A stretch of DNA of 64,000 bases from an uncultured delta proteobacterium (GCA_963771465.1 CAVYTU010000018.1:130490-194489), one strand, 5' to 3'; counted from the first letter of the stretch, positions 20,606 to 31,336 are shown. A program made the numbers and translations. Notes: generated from the letters alone by a model not told the origin.

Positions 20606-22021
20606 ATGCGCGGATTGTTGGCCGGATTCTTTCTACTTATGGTTGGTTGTTCGGTTGGACCGGATTATCAGGCGCCCAAATCCGTCATGCCACAAGCTTG
20701 GCTCGAAGGGGCGAATGTCGAGATCGATGCGCAACCGGCGGAGTTGGCGCGCTGGTGGGGCGAGTTTAACGATCCGTTGCTCGATTCGCTGATCGAGCGC
20801 GCGGCCAAATCAAACCTAGATATCGCCCTTGCCGAAGCGCGTGTGCGTGAGGCGCGCGCATTGCTCGGAGTGACCAGTGCGGGGGCATGGCCGACGGTCA
20901 ATGTAAGCGATTCCTACGAGCGCATCCGCACCAGCGAAAATGCTTTTGCGGCGGGGAGTTTGGCGCCACAAGGGGGCGGCAATCTGGAACAAAATCTGTT
21001 TAGGACTGGTTTTGACTCGAATTGGGAAATCGATCTTTTCGGCGCGACACGCCGGCGTGTCGAGGCGGCGCAAGCCGGCGTCGATACCGCAGTCGAAGAC
21101 CGCCGCGCGGTGCTGGTAACGCTGCTCGGCGACGTGGCCAAGAACTACATCGATCTGCGCGGTTTTCAGCGTCGGCTGGCGGTCGCGCAAGCGACCTTAC
21201 AGGCGCAACAAGAAACCGCGCGCCTGACCAAAATCCGTTTCGACGCCGGGCTCGCGAACGATCTCGACGCGACGCAAGCGGAAGGCTTGTCGCAGCAAAC
21301 CGCGGCGCAAATTCCCGCGCTCGAAAGCGCATTGAAACAAACCGCATACCGTTTGGATTTGCTTCTTGGTCGCCAGCCCGGCGCGTTGGCCAATGAATTA
21401 ACACTGGATGCGCCGATCCCCGCGCTGCCGCCCACGGCCCATGTGGGTTTGCCTGCGGAGTTGCTCCGACGGCGGCCGGACATTCGCCGCGCGGAGCGGC
21501 AGTTGGCGGCGGCGACGGCAGAGGTTGGCGCGGCGACCGCCGATCTCTATCCGCAGTTGTCATTAACCGGCACATTTGGCTTGCTGAGCGTCAGCGCCAG
21601 TGATTGGTTCACCGGACGAAGCCGTTTCTGGTCCATCGGTCCGACGATTTCCTGGCCCATTTTTGACGCCGGTAAGATTCGCGCCAACATCGAAGTGCGC
21701 AATGCCCAGCAAGAACAGGCGCTGCGCAACTATGAAAAATCGGTTCTGACCGCGCTTGGGGACGTCGAGAGCGCGCTGGTGAATTACGCTAAGGAACAAT
21801 CGCGTTATCGTTCCTTGCTTGACGCGACCGTGGCCAATCGCCGCGCTGTTCAACTGGCCAATGACCTTTATCGCCAAGGCCTGGTGGCTTTTCTCAATGT
21901 GCTCGACGCCGAACGCACGCTCTATGTTACGGAAAACGATCTCGCCCAGAGCGAAGCCAATATGGCATCCAACCTAGTGGTGTTGTATAAAGCTCTCGGC
22001 GGCGGTTGGGATACCCGGTAA
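20606..22021 (+). CDS. RND efflux outer-membrane lipoprotein (NodT/OprM family)
   Basis: Lipobox MVGC-SVGPDY, WEIDLFG, LLRRRPDIRRAE, LYKALGGGW. Confidence 0.94.
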   Translation: MRGLLAGFFLLMVGCSVGPDYQAPKSVMPQAWLEGANVEIDAQPAELARWWGEFNDPLLDSLIERAAKSNLDIALAEARVREARALLGVTSAGAWPTVNVSDSYERIRTSENAFAAGSLAPQGGGNLEQNLFRTGFDSNWEIDLFGATRRRVEAAQAGVDTAVEDRRAVLVTLLGDVAKNYIDLRGFQRRLAVAQATLQAQQETARLTKIRFDAGLANDLDATQAEGLSQQTAAQIPALESALKQTAYRLDLLLGRQPGALANELTLDAPIPALPPTAHVGLPAELLRRRPDIRRAERQLAAATAEVGAATADLYPQLSLTGTFGLLSVSASDWFTGRSRFWSIGPTISWPIFDAGKIRANIEVRNAQQEQALRNYEKSVLTALGDVESALVNYAKEQSRYRSLLDATVANRRAVQLANDLYRQGLVAFLNVLDAERTLYVTENDLAQSEANMASNLVVLYKALGGGWDTR

Positions 22022-22053
22022 AACTCGCGGCCTTGCCAAAGGAGTCCAAAGCC

Positions 22054-22453
22054 ATGGAAAAACTTCTCGCCGGCTATGGTCCGCAAGCCTATGCGGCCAT
22101 GCGCATCGTCATTGGCCTGCTGTTCTTTTGCCACGGGTTACAAAAAGTTTTTGGTTTGTTCGGCGGCGTCAACGGCGCAGCGGCGCCGCTGCTGTCGCTA
22201 TTCGGTATTGCCGGTCTCATCGAAGCTGATTGCCGGCGCTTTAATCACCGTCGGTTGGTTTGCCGCCACGGCTGCGTTTATCGCCAGCGGAGAGATGGCG
22301 GCGGCGTACTTTATCGCTCATTTCCCTAAGAGTTTTTGGCCCATTCAAAACGGCGGCGAGGAAGCGGTTTTCTACTGCTTTGTCTTTTTCTACATGGCGA
22401 CCCGCGCCGCGGGCATATGGAGCATCGACGGCGCATCAAAGCGAATCGGCTGA
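22054..22453 (+). CDS. DoxX family membrane protein (one frameshift near 22224)
   Basis: MRIVIGLLFFCHGLQKVFG in one frame continues as LIAGALITVG..AFIASGEMAAAYFIAH..PIQNGGE in another. Confidence 0.85.
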
Positions 22454-22546
22454 CGGCGCTTGCCGCGGCCGGCGCTTTGAATTATGTAATTGATATTACC
22501 GGGAACCTTCCGCCTCCCTAGCGCAGCTACTATAAGGAGATCAGCG

Positions 22547-23681
22547 ATGAAAGACGGATTCAAAGTTATCGACGCCGACCGGCATATTTTAGAGCCGACG
22601 GATTTATATCAGAAATATTTGCCGGAAAAGTTTAGAGAGCCGGGTGCGGCTTGCCGGACCGAACCAGACGGTGCGTGAAGTCGACGGCAAGCCGGTGTCG
22701 GATTCCGCCGTTCGTCCCGGCCGCGTGACGGAAGATTACGGTTACATCTTTTCCGCGTCGGCGCGCTGGCGCGAATGTTTTGCCGACGCCTATGCGCATA
22801 AGTTCGACCCGGCCTCCAACATCCGCGACATGGAGCGCGAAGGCATCGATGTTTCCGTGCTGTTTCCCACCATCGGTCTCTACATTATGTGGCGCGACGA
22901 TATCGATCCGGAGCTGAGCGCGGCGATCTGCCGGGCGTATAACACGTGGCTCGCCGACTACTGTGACCACGACCGCAAGCGGCTTTACGGCGTTATGTTG
23001 CTGCCACTGCAAGATCCCAAGCGCGCCGTCGAAGAATTGAAATACGCCCGCGAAAAACTCGGCCTGGTTGGCATCTTCTGGCGCCCCAATAAGTTTTGCG
23101 GCCGCACGTTATCCAGCCCGGACTACTATCCGATCTACGATGTCGCCGCGGAACTGGGAGTCACGGTGTGTGTCCACGAGGGCGCGCGCACAGTGTTGCC
23201 GCAAGCGGGCAATGATCGCTACAGCGAGTTTGGCCGCCACGTCGCCTGTCATCCGCTCGAGCAAATGCTCGCTTGCTTGAATTTCTGCGCCGACGGCGTG
23301 CTGGAGAAATTTCCCAAGCTCAAAGTCGCGCACTTGGAATCGGGCTGCGGCTGGGTGCCGTTCTGGCTCGAGCGCATGGACGAGCACTGGGAGCATGAAT
23401 CGCACGGCTCGGCGAAGATCACCAAGGAAAAACCGAGCCATTACTTCAAACAAAACTGCTGGGTTAGCTGCGAAGCCGGCGAAGAGCTGGCGCCGGTGTT
23501 CTGCGAGCATATCGGCGACGATTACCTGATGATCGCCACCGACTATCCGCACAGCGACGCCATCGATAAGTTCCCCGACAAAACCGTCGGCGCCATCAGC
23601 AGCAACGATAAAATCTCCCGCGCCTCGCGCACCAAGATTCTATGGGACAATCCGACGAAAGCATTTGGTTTGGGTGCATAG
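22547..23681 (+). CDS. Amidohydrolase-2 family protein (frameshift near 22635)
   Basis: MKDGFKVIDADRHILEP behind AAGGAG joins the 22644 ORF (DMEREGIDVSVLFPT, AYNTWLADYC, TDYPH). Confidence 0.88.
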
Positions 23682-23711
23682 AGTTCAAAATCGGCATTTT
23701 ATGGAAAGTTT

Positions 23712-23752
23712 AACGAGGCCTGGATCGATTCGATCCGGGCCTCGTTGCTTTT
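23712..23752 (+). terminator. Rho-independent terminator-like hairpin
   Basis: AACGAGGCCTGGATCG/CGATCCGGGCCTCGTT followed by GCTTTT. Confidence 0.7.
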
Positions 23753-23781
23753 ACACGGGCAATGCTAAAACAGGAGAAGCC

Positions 23782-24861
23782 ATGAAGCATTCGACTTATT
23801 TGTCGCGATCAGTGCGGCTAGTAGCGTTCTTCGCCGTGATGATTGGCCTAGAGTGTTCAAACGTCGAACTGACTCACGCGCAAGCGCCGTTTTTCCAGGG
23901 AAAGACGATCACGATAATTCAAGGCCGCGATCCCGGCGGAACCGGCGATCTTCGAACCAAAGCCCTAGTGCCGTTTCTGCAAAAATATCTTCCTGGGAAT
24001 CCCACGATTATGATGGAGTACATGCCTGGCGCCGGCGGGCGCATGGCGGCCAATCATCTTTTCCGAACCGCGAAGCCCGACGGCCTCACCATTGGCAATC
24101 CGAGCATCGGCATGATTTCTTCCGCCATCCTCGGCGAGGCCGGAGTGCAATACGACATCGATAAGTTTTCCTATCTTGGTTCGCCGTACAGCACCTATCA
24201 CGCCGTCTTCCTCAGTAGAAAACAGGCCGGCTTTAGCAGCGTCGAAAAATTGCAGGCGGCGTCCGGAATACGAATCGGCGCGCAGTCGGTCGGTTTCGTC
24301 ACCTACAACGAAGGGCGCCTGTTCGCTTACCTGTTGGGGCTGAAGGAACCGAGGTTCGTTGCCGCTTACAGCGGTGCCGAGCTCGATCCCGCGCTGATTC
24401 GCGGTGAGATCGACGCCCGCGCCACCGGCGCCGATTCGATTCTTCAGCGCAACAAGGAGTGGCTCGAAAAAAGTTCGCCGGTGGACTTCCATGCGATCCT
24501 CGAAGTTCCCAAGGGCGACAAGCATCCGCAATTCGCTTCGTTGCGGGAGATCGAGGGCTTCGCCAAATCGGACTTAGATCGCAAACTCGCCAATATGGCG
24601 CGCGCGTTCAGGATCGCCGGCACGCCGTTCGTGCTGCCGCCAGGAACGCCCAAAGACCGGGTCGAAATGATTCAGGCCGCTTTCCGCAAAACGTTTCAAG
24701 ATCCAGACTTCTCGCGTGAATATAAAAAGATGAGCGGCGACGAGGCATCGCCGCTGCTGCCCGAAAACCATGAAAAAGCGATCAAAGAAATTCCCCGCGA
24801 TCCCGAAGTGATCGAACTTTTCAAAAAACTCGTCGGCGCCGGACCGCTGCCGGGGCGTTGA
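23782..24861 (+). CDS. Bug/TctC-like periplasmic substrate-binding protein
   Basis: PFFQGKTITIIQG, PGNPTIMMEYMPGAGG, KPDGLTIG. Start at ATG 23782 behind AGGAG. Confidence 0.88.
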   Translation: MKHSTYLSRSVRLVAFFAVMIGLECSNVELTHAQAPFFQGKTITIIQGRDPGGTGDLRTKALVPFLQKYLPGNPTIMMEYMPGAGGRMAANHLFRTAKPDGLTIGNPSIGMISSAILGEAGVQYDIDKFSYLGSPYSTYHAVFLSRKQAGFSSVEKLQAASGIRIGAQSVGFVTYNEGRLFAYLLGLKEPRFVAAYSGAELDPALIRGEIDARATGADSILQRNKEWLEKSSPVDFHAILEVPKGDKHPQFASLREIEGFAKSDLDRKLANMARAFRIAGTPFVLPPGTPKDRVEMIQAAFRKTFQDPDFSREYKKMSGDEASPLLPENHEKAIKEIPRDPEVIELFKKLVGAGPLPGR

Positions 24862-25027
24862 GCAGCCTGTTGATTAGCTGCTCCGATGATCAAGCAGTTT
24901 TCCTCTTGGGCGAGTTACTTTTTGGTTAGCTCCACACTTTCAAGTGCCGTCTTTACAATCCCTCTGCCGTGCTTAGAGTAGAATCTAGAGTGATTGATTG
25001 GTAGACGAATTGGCCGAGGAGAAAGCC

Positions 25028-25894
25028 ATGAAATCGAAAACAAGACGAGTAATTCAAATTATTGAACCGCAAGCTGTCGTCGAGGGCGCGGGAGTGCGAT
25101 TGAAAAGAAGCCTTGGCGGTCGAGCGCTGGATTATCTCGATCCATTTCTTTTGCTCGATCATTTCGATTCGAAGGACCCGCAGGATTATCAGGCCGGGTT
25201 TCCGCTCCATCCACACCGCGGCATCGAGACGGTTACGTATGTTCTTTCCGGTGAGGTGAAGCATAAGGATTCGCTCGGCAACTCTGGGAGCATCGGGGTA
25301 GGGGACGTGCAATGGATGACGGCGGGGCGGGGAATTCTCCATGAGGAGATGCCGCAGGTCCGGCCGGAGGGCGTGAGCGGGTTTCAGCTTTGGGTCAACT
25401 TGGCGGCGAAGGAGAAGATGACCGCGCCGCGTTACCAGGACATCAGCGCGAACGAAATTCCAGAGATCATGCGCGCTGACGGCACGCGTATCCGCGTGAT
25501 CACTGGAACACTGGACGGCGTAAGTGGTCCGGTGAGCGGTATCTCAGTTGCGCCAACGTATTTGGACGTGAGCATTCCGGCCGGCGTAACTTTCGCTCAT
25601 CCGGTGGAGCATGACCATTCCGCTTTTACTTATGTCTTCAACGGAGCAGTCAACGTCAGAGCCGAGAAGAACGACGCCGATGTGATGGTTCAGTCGCCGA
25701 CGTTGCTGGTGTGGGGCGAAGGGGACGAAATTCAAATCGCTGCGACCAAGTCGCCTGCGCGCTTGCTATTGGTTTCCGGTGCGCCGTTGAACGAACCGAT
25801 CGCGCGCTATGGCCCGTTTGTTATGAATACGCGCGCTGAGATCGAGGCGACCGTGCGCGAATTGCAGAATGGGACGTTTCCGCCGACCTCTTGA
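25028..25894 (+). CDS. Pirin family protein
   Basis: DPFLLLD, GFPLHPHRGIETVTY, QWMTAGRGILHEE, YGPFVMNT. Confidence 0.95.
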   Translation: MKSKTRRVIQIIEPQAVVEGAGVRLKRSLGGRALDYLDPFLLLDHFDSKDPQDYQAGFPLHPHRGIETVTYVLSGEVKHKDSLGNSGSIGVGDVQWMTAGRGILHEEMPQVRPEGVSGFQLWVNLAAKEKMTAPRYQDISANEIPEIMRADGTRIRVITGTLDGVSGPVSGISVAPTYLDVSIPAGVTFAHPVEHDHSAFTYVFNGAVNVRAEKNDADVMVQSPTLLVWGEGDEIQIAATKSPARLLLVSGAPLNEPIARYGPFVMNTRAEIEATVRELQNGTFPPTS

Positions 25895-25979
25895 AGGCTA
25901 ACCCGTTTATGAAGTAGCGTAGGCGAAAATCTAAATTTGCCTAATCGCCGTGGCTTGCACGCGGCGCCGGAGGTTCGCG

Positions 25980-26372
25980 ATGTTAAAGACCCATGGCTTG
26001 TTGCACTTCAGTTTACCGGTGACCGATCTCGATCGGAGCCGGAAATTTTACGAAGGCGTGCTCGGCATGAAAGTCGTCGAGCAGTCGCCGCGCATGGTGT
26101 TTTTGCAGACCGGCGATGACTTTTTGATTTTGGCAAAAGGCAACGAGCCGCTCAAGTACGACTCGGCGAAATCCACGCCGGTACATCACGCCTTCAAAGT
26201 AAAGCCGGATGAGTTTCAGTGGTCCATTGACGACCTACGCAAAAACGGCGTCGAAGTGTTCAACATCGAGGAGCGCAACACCGGCGTGTTCTGGGGACCG
26301 CAGGCGTATTTCTTAGACCCGGATGGGAACAAGCTGGAGATTTATGCCGGGCCGGGGGCGAAGGTAAGTTAG
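25980..26372 (+). CDS. VOC/glyoxalase family protein
   Basis: HFSLPVTDLDRSRKFY, HHAF, YFLDPDGNKLE. Confidence 0.9.
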   Translation: MLKTHGLLHFSLPVTDLDRSRKFYEGVLGMKVVEQSPRMVFLQTGDDFLILAKGNEPLKYDSAKSTPVHHAFKVKPDEFQWSIDDLRKNGVEVFNIEERNTGVFWGPQAYFLDPDGNKLEIYAGPGAKVS

Positions 26373-26435
26373 CATCTCATTTTGCCTATTTACATATTAA
26401 ACGGGAGAAGGATTTTTCCCGTGGGTCGGAATGAT

Positions 26436-26479
26436 AGTAAAAAAGAAGCGCACTCTTTCGGAGTGCGCTTCTTTTTACT
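26436..26479. terminator. Bidirectional intrinsic terminator between convergent genes
   Basis: AAAAAAGAAGCGCACTC-TTTCG-GAGTGCGCTTCTTTTT. Confidence 0.88.
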
Positions 26480-26535
26480 GCACAAGATTTATTTTGGCCA
26501 TTTCCCGGCCTTTCAGCCTTCGGCATCCATCCTTT

Positions 26536-27351
26536 TTACTTTGCTTTAGTCGCGTTCAGCTTGTTGCCGCCGGAGCTAACTTCCATTGTATTACCGTTAA
26601 CCCGTCCCGTGTATTGCGTTCCGCCGGCGCTGAAGGAAATTTGATCGCCGTTAAGCTTGCCGCTGATTTGACTGGACGCGTTGCCGTTCTTGAGCGTGCC
26701 GCTGATCATCTGAAACGTTTGTTTGATCGTCAATTCACCCTGCGGAAGTTTCCAGTTCCCGTCCACTTTCGCCGGGACGATCCACAGATGCGCCGTGCAC
26801 CAGTTGCTGCAACCTTCGACGTTTTCGGTCTGGTCCGGTTTCCATTCTTCCATGTCGAAGGAGTTGGAAACGATGCGCGTGCCGGGTTTGAGATTGAGGA
26901 TCTTCGGCCGCAGTTTCACGTTAATGCTCGGCAGCAAGAACATGGTGATCACTTGCGCCTGGGAAAAGTCGCTCTCGAATAAATCCGCCTTCATGAACGT
27001 CGCTTTGTCGCTGACGCCTTCCTTCGCGGCATTACGCTTGGAGAGCTCGACCATGTCAGGATTGTACTCGATACCCAGCGCTTTGGAGCCGCGCTTGGCC
27101 GCGGTGATGACGGTGCGGCCATCGCCCGAGCCCAAGTCGATGACGTAATCCTTCGGCGTCACTTTCGCCATCTCGAGCATCTTGTCGACCAGTGATTGCG
27201 GTGTCGGCACCCAAACGACGTCCTTGCCGGCCTGGCCGACTTCGGGCTGAAATTCTTGCTTCGCCGGCTGGGCGAAGGCGACATCGTGTGCTGCCGGGCC
27301 GATGAGCGAAATCGCGAGTAATAGGGTTCCTGACAATTTTTTTAGATCCAT
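26536..27351 (-). CDS. Signal-peptide-bearing class I SAM-dependent methyltransferase (paralog 1)
   Basis: Signal peptide ending AFA, DVVWVPTP, VIDLGSGDGR motif I. Confidence 0.88.
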   Translation of the reverse strand: MDLKKLSGTLLLAISLIGPAAHDVAFAQPAKQEFQPEVGQAGKDVVWVPTPQSLVDKMLEMAKVTPKDYVIDLGSGDGRTVITAAKRGSKALGIEYNPDMVELSKRNAAKEGVSDKATFMKADLFESDFSQAQVITMFLLPSINVKLRPKILNLKPGTRIVSNSFDMEEWKPDQTENVEGCSNWCTAHLWIVPAKVDGNWKLPQGELTIKQTFQMISGTLKNGNASSQISGKLNGDQISFSAGGTQYTGRVNGNTMEVSSGGNKLNATKAK

Positions 27352-27441
27352 GTTTCTCCTCCGGTGTTTAACTATATCAAGCCGAGCTTAAAAGTGGAGA
27401 GGTCCGCGAGACAATTTTTATTGCAGCGCTGGTCGGTAATT

Positions 27442-28257
27442 TTATTTGGCGGCGCGGGTGGCGCTCCATTTGTTGGCGCCAGCATTGCCTTCCATGGAGT
27501 TGCCGGAAACGATGCCGGTATAGGTTGTGCTACCGGCAGTGAAAGAGATTTGCTCGCCGTTCAGTTTCCCGTTCACTGGTGTTTCGCTGCTGGCCGATTT
27601 GAGCGTGCCGGAAATATTTTGAAAAGTTTGCTTCAGCGTGAGATTGCCTTGGGGCAACGTCCAGCTGCCTTCGACTTTCGCCGGCACGATCCACAGATGC
27701 GCGGTGCACCAGGAGTTGCAACCGGGCAGACTCGCGGTCTCATCGGGCTTCCAGTCGCCCATGTCAAAGGTGTTCGACGCGATGCGCGTGCCCGGTTTGA
27801 GTTCGAGAATTTTCGGCCGCAGCTTCAAATTGATGCTCGACAGCAAAAACATCGTGATCACTTGGGCTTGAGAAAAATCGCTCTCGAAAAGATCGGCTTT
27901 GATGAAGCTCGCTTTATCGCTGACGCCTTCCTTGTCCGCGGCGCGCTTGGATAGCTCGACCATGTCGGCGTTGTATTCGATGCCGAGCGCTTTGGATCCG
28001 CGCTTGGCCGCGGTAATGACGGTGCGTCCGTCGCCCGAGCCGAGATCGATGACATAATCTTTCGGCGTGACCTTGGCCATGTCGAGCATCTTGTCGACCA
28101 GACCCTGCGGCGTTGGTACCCAAATGACGTCTTTCCCTTCCTGTCCGACGGAAGGTTTGAATTCCTCCGCGGCTTGAGCGACGACCAAATGGTTCGATGC
28201 TATCGCCGCTATTAAGAACAGCGAGAAAAAACCACGAAGGTAAAGTTTATTTTTCAT
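27442..28257 (-). CDS. Signal-peptide-bearing class I SAM-dependent methyltransferase (paralog 2)
   Basis: Start at ATG 28257 behind GGAGG, signal peptide ending AQA, same DLGSGDGR core as paralog 1. Confidence 0.88.
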   Translation of the reverse strand: MKNKLYLRGFFSLFLIAAIASNHLVVAQAAEEFKPSVGQEGKDVIWVPTPQGLVDKMLDMAKVTPKDYVIDLGSGDGRTVITAAKRGSKALGIEYNADMVELSKRAADKEGVSDKASFIKADLFESDFSQAQVITMFLLSSINLKLRPKILELKPGTRIASNTFDMGDWKPDETASLPGCNSWCTAHLWIVPAKVEGSWTLPQGNLTLKQTFQNISGTLKSASSETPVNGKLNGEQISFTAGSTTYTGIVSGNSMEGNAGANKWSATRAAK

Positions 28258-28379
28258 GCCTATCCTCCAAAAGTTGTAGCGCGCCAGTTCGCGCTGAAAT
28301 AATTGACACACTGGATACGCTATGAAATCGAAAAAGTCCAGGAACGGGCAAGGCCGTTGAGAATACCAACCGGCCGCTC

Positions 28380-29651
28380 TTAGGATTCCAATCTTCGGAT
28401 CGCCGGGATTCTCCACGCCACGAAGCCGGTCAAAACGATCACCATCGCGCCCATGATCGCGACGGTCGCTGGCGCGCCGATGAAATGCGCCGTAGCGCCG
28501 GCGAACAGCGCGCCGAGGGGCATGAAACCGCGGTCGAGCATGTACAAACTGAGCACGCGCCCGCGCAGCCCATCCGGCACGATCAACTGAAGTATTGTCG
28601 CCGTGCTGGCGAGAAAAAACATTTGAAACGCGCCGACGATCACCAAAGTGACCAGCGCGAGTGGAAACCAAGTGATTTGCGAAAAGAGCACGAGAAAAAA
28701 TCCCAGCACGACGATGCTGGCGAGAAGAAACAGCCCCTGGCGTTTTATCCGTTTACTGAGGGACGCTAGCGTCACGACGGCGATCACCGCCCCGATGCCG
28801 GGAGCCGCCATCAGTAAGCCCAAACCATCCGGACCGATTTTCAGCACGTCTTTTTGAAACACCGGCATGAGCGTTTGGTACGGCACGGCGAACACCCGCG
28901 GTACGTAGGCCAGGGTCATCAGCGCCAGCACCGCCGGCGTATGCCAAACGTAGGCGAAGCCTTCCTTAAGGTTGGCATAGGCGGTGGCGTGTCTGGTTTC
29001 GGAGCGCGAAGGGGGAATATGCATTCGATAGATCATCCCCAACACGCCAATATAGGCGGCAGCTTGCAGAAAGAAGTTTTCCGCCGCGCCGAACCATGCG
29101 ATCAGCGCGCCCCCGAGCGCCGGGCCGATCACTTTCATTAGATTGAATCCGCCGGAGTTGAGCGCGACGGCGTTGGCCAGCTCTGCTTTGGGGACGACGC
29201 TGGGTATCACGCTCATGCGCACGGGTTCGGTGATCGTCCAGGCCACGCCGGTGATCAACGTGAATAGAAAAATATGCCAGACATGCAAAAACGGCGAGGC
29301 GACCAGCGCGCCAAAGAGGATGGCCGTGGCGATCAAGACCCACTGCGTGCCTAGCAACAGCTTACGACGGTCCATCCGATCGGCGGCGACGCCGGCCATC
29401 GGTCCTGTTACTAAGAACGGTAAGGCACGCAGGCCGTTGAGCGCGCCGAGCAGCATCGAGTTGCCGGTGAGATCGTAGAGCAGCCACCCGAGCGTGACTT
29501 GCTGCACCCACTGTCCAGCGCTCATCATCAAAGTGCCGCTCCAGAGATAGCGGTAGTCTTGATAACGTAGCGATGAAAAGATTTGGAACTGAAACCAGCG
29601 GGATGTCGCCCGACGCGGCGTTTCGATGGGTTCTATTATTTCATCGTCCAA
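28380..29651 (-). CDS. MFS transporter (MFS_3/DHA3-like)
   Basis: GVAADRMDRRKLL, ANAVALNS, LRGRVLS motifs. Confidence 0.9.
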   Translation of the reverse strand: MDDEIIEPIETPRRATSRWFQFQIFSSLRYQDYRYLWSGTLMMSAGQWVQQVTLGWLLYDLTGNSMLLGALNGLRALPFLVTGPMAGVAADRMDRRKLLLGTQWVLIATAILFGALVASPFLHVWHIFLFTLITGVAWTITEPVRMSVIPSVVPKAELANAVALNSGGFNLMKVIGPALGGALIAWFGAAENFFLQAAAYIGVLGMIYRMHIPPSRSETRHATAYANLKEGFAYVWHTPAVLALMTLAYVPRVFAVPYQTLMPVFQKDVLKIGPDGLGLLMAAPGIGAVIAVVTLASLSKRIKRQGLFLLASIVVLGFFLVLFSQITWFPLALVTLVIVGAFQMFFLASTATILQLIVPDGLRGRVLSLYMLDRGFMPLGALFAGATAHFIGAPATVAIMGAMVIVLTGFVAWRIPAIRRLES

Positions 29652-29828
29652 GGATGTGGATTCCTGATCGGACTGCGAAGATTGGCTCGTTTCATTAGTA
29701 ACAACATTCGGCGCGTGTTGCCACTTACGGCGGATTTGCGGCGCATTGTTTTCTTTTCAACGGCGCCGTTGCGTGCTACAAGCCAGTCAGCGCGATTTGT
29801 GTTTGATTACCGAGGAGAAACTATCGCC

Positions 29829-30800
29829 ATGAAGCGCGGGATTGTTGCCATCTTCTTGATGCTAATTTCTGCTGCGTCCGTTTTCGCCCAAGAGCGGGTC
29901 AAATTCCCGGTCGGGGTTTCCTCCAAAGTGCTTGGCTATGGCCACCTGTGGGCGGCGTGGCGGCGCGGCTATTTCGAGCGCGAAGGACTCGACGCCGAGG
30001 TGGTGCTGATGCGCGGCACGGCACCCGCGGTGCAAACCTTGATCGCCGGGTCGATCTCGGCGGGACTACTCGCCAGTGACGGGCCGATTACCGCCGTCGA
30101 GCAGGGGGCGGATCTAGTCATGGTTGCCAGCAGCAGCAAGCTCACCCATATGTTGATGGGCGCGAAGAATTACACGACTTACGAGAGTTTGCGCGGCGCC
30201 ACCATAGGGTCGTCCACTCTCACTTCCGGCACCGCATTTGTTTTGCGGCGCGCGCTCAAGGCCAAGGGTCTCGAATACCCGCGCGATTACAAGTTGCTGA
30301 ACGTCGGTGGCACGACGTCGGCGTTTCTGGCGATGAACGCCGGGCAAATCGCAGCGGCGATGATGGCCGTGCCGAACGCGTTTCAGGCGCAGGATGCCGG
30401 CTTCAACGTGATCGGCCGCGTCGCCGACGTGGTGCCGAACTATCTATTGTCGGCGTATAACGTGAGACGTAGTTGGGCGGAAAAAAATCGCCCGTTGGTA
30501 GTGCGCTTTCTCAAAGCCGTGGTCCGGGCCAAGAAATGGTTCGAGCAGGATCGCAAAAACGCCATTGAATTCTTAGCCAAAGAATTTCAGCTCACGCCGG
30601 CGCTTGCCGAGCGCGGCCTCGATTATTATCTCACGCACCAAGCGTGGCATCCCGAGCTGGAGATCGAATTGGATGGATTGAAAACTGTGGTCGACATTTA
30701 CGCCGAACAAAACAATTTGAAAGGTCCGATCCCCAACCCGGAGAAATACGTCGATCAGAGCTATCTGCGCCAGGCGTTGAAGGAGTTGGGGCTTAGGTGA
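29829..30800 (+). CDS. NMT1/SsuA-like ABC substrate-binding protein
   Basis: Signal peptide, GYFEREGLDAEVV. ATG 29829 behind GAGGAG. Confidence 0.88.
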   Translation: MKRGIVAIFLMLISAASVFAQERVKFPVGVSSKVLGYGHLWAAWRRGYFEREGLDAEVVLMRGTAPAVQTLIAGSISAGLLASDGPITAVEQGADLVMVASSSKLTHMLMGAKNYTTYESLRGATIGSSTLTSGTAFVLRRALKAKGLEYPRDYKLLNVGGTTSAFLAMNAGQIAAAMMAVPNAFQAQDAGFNVIGRVADVVPNYLLSAYNVRRSWAEKNRPLVVRFLKAVVRAKKWFEQDRKNAIEFLAKEFQLTPALAERGLDYYLTHQAWHPELEIELDGLKTVVDIYAEQNNLKGPIPNPEKYVDQSYLRQALKELGLR

Positions 30801-30833
30801 AACGGCGGCGCTGAGTTACCCAGCGCCGCCGTT
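30801..30833. terminator. GC-rich hairpin between convergent genes
   Basis: AACGGCGGCGCTG/CAGCGCCGCCGTT perfect 13-bp stem. Confidence 0.75.
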
Positions 30834-30854
30834 GCGAGTGATTTAATATAAGTC

Positions 30855-31253
30855 CTAGCGGGCTAGTACTTCGACAGTTCCCTTTCCTTCGCGGCGACTG
30901 ATACTTTTGTAATCGAAATCGATGCGTCTAATCGCTCGCCGGTCGCCCGGAAGATCAATGACGCGGGTGCCTTTGCCTTCGGAGAATTCGTGACGGATCT
31001 TGGGGCTAAAGGTCTGATCGTTGGAGAAAGTCACGACCACTTTATTGAGCTCAATCGGAGCATCTTTAACTCTGATCTGAAGCTGTTTAAACCGGCCTTC
31101 GCTTCTGCCCACATCGATCTGGTCGTGGTCATTCCTAAAATCCACCTGACGTTGCCCCAACGATTCCCACCGCCCCGGGGCCTGTGCTGCGCCCGCCAAT
31201 CCCGACACCAGCAAACACAATGAAAGCATTCCTAAAGTAATATATTTTTTCAT
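30855..31253 (-). CDS. Secreted DUF2541/YaaI-like protein
   Basis: Signal peptide, WESLGQRQVDFRNDHDQI, TRVIDLPGDRRAIRRI pattern. Confidence 0.75.
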   Translation of the reverse strand: MKKYITLGMLSLCLLVSGLAGAAQAPGRWESLGQRQVDFRNDHDQIDVGRSEGRFKQLQIRVKDAPIELNKVVVTFSNDQTFSPKIRHEFSEGKGTRVIDLPGDRRAIRRIDFDYKSISRREGKGTVEVLAR

Positions 31254-31336
31254 ACCCACCTCTTTCGTTATTTCTGACTACTATTTCCTAGGTAAACTAA
31301 GCGACCCCTATTCGGCTCCTTTCGAAATGGTTTAGC

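Noticed and set aside
27442-28671. 409-aa version of the methyltransferase
   Set aside because: The extension overlaps the MFS gene. The RBS and signal peptide point to ATG 28257.
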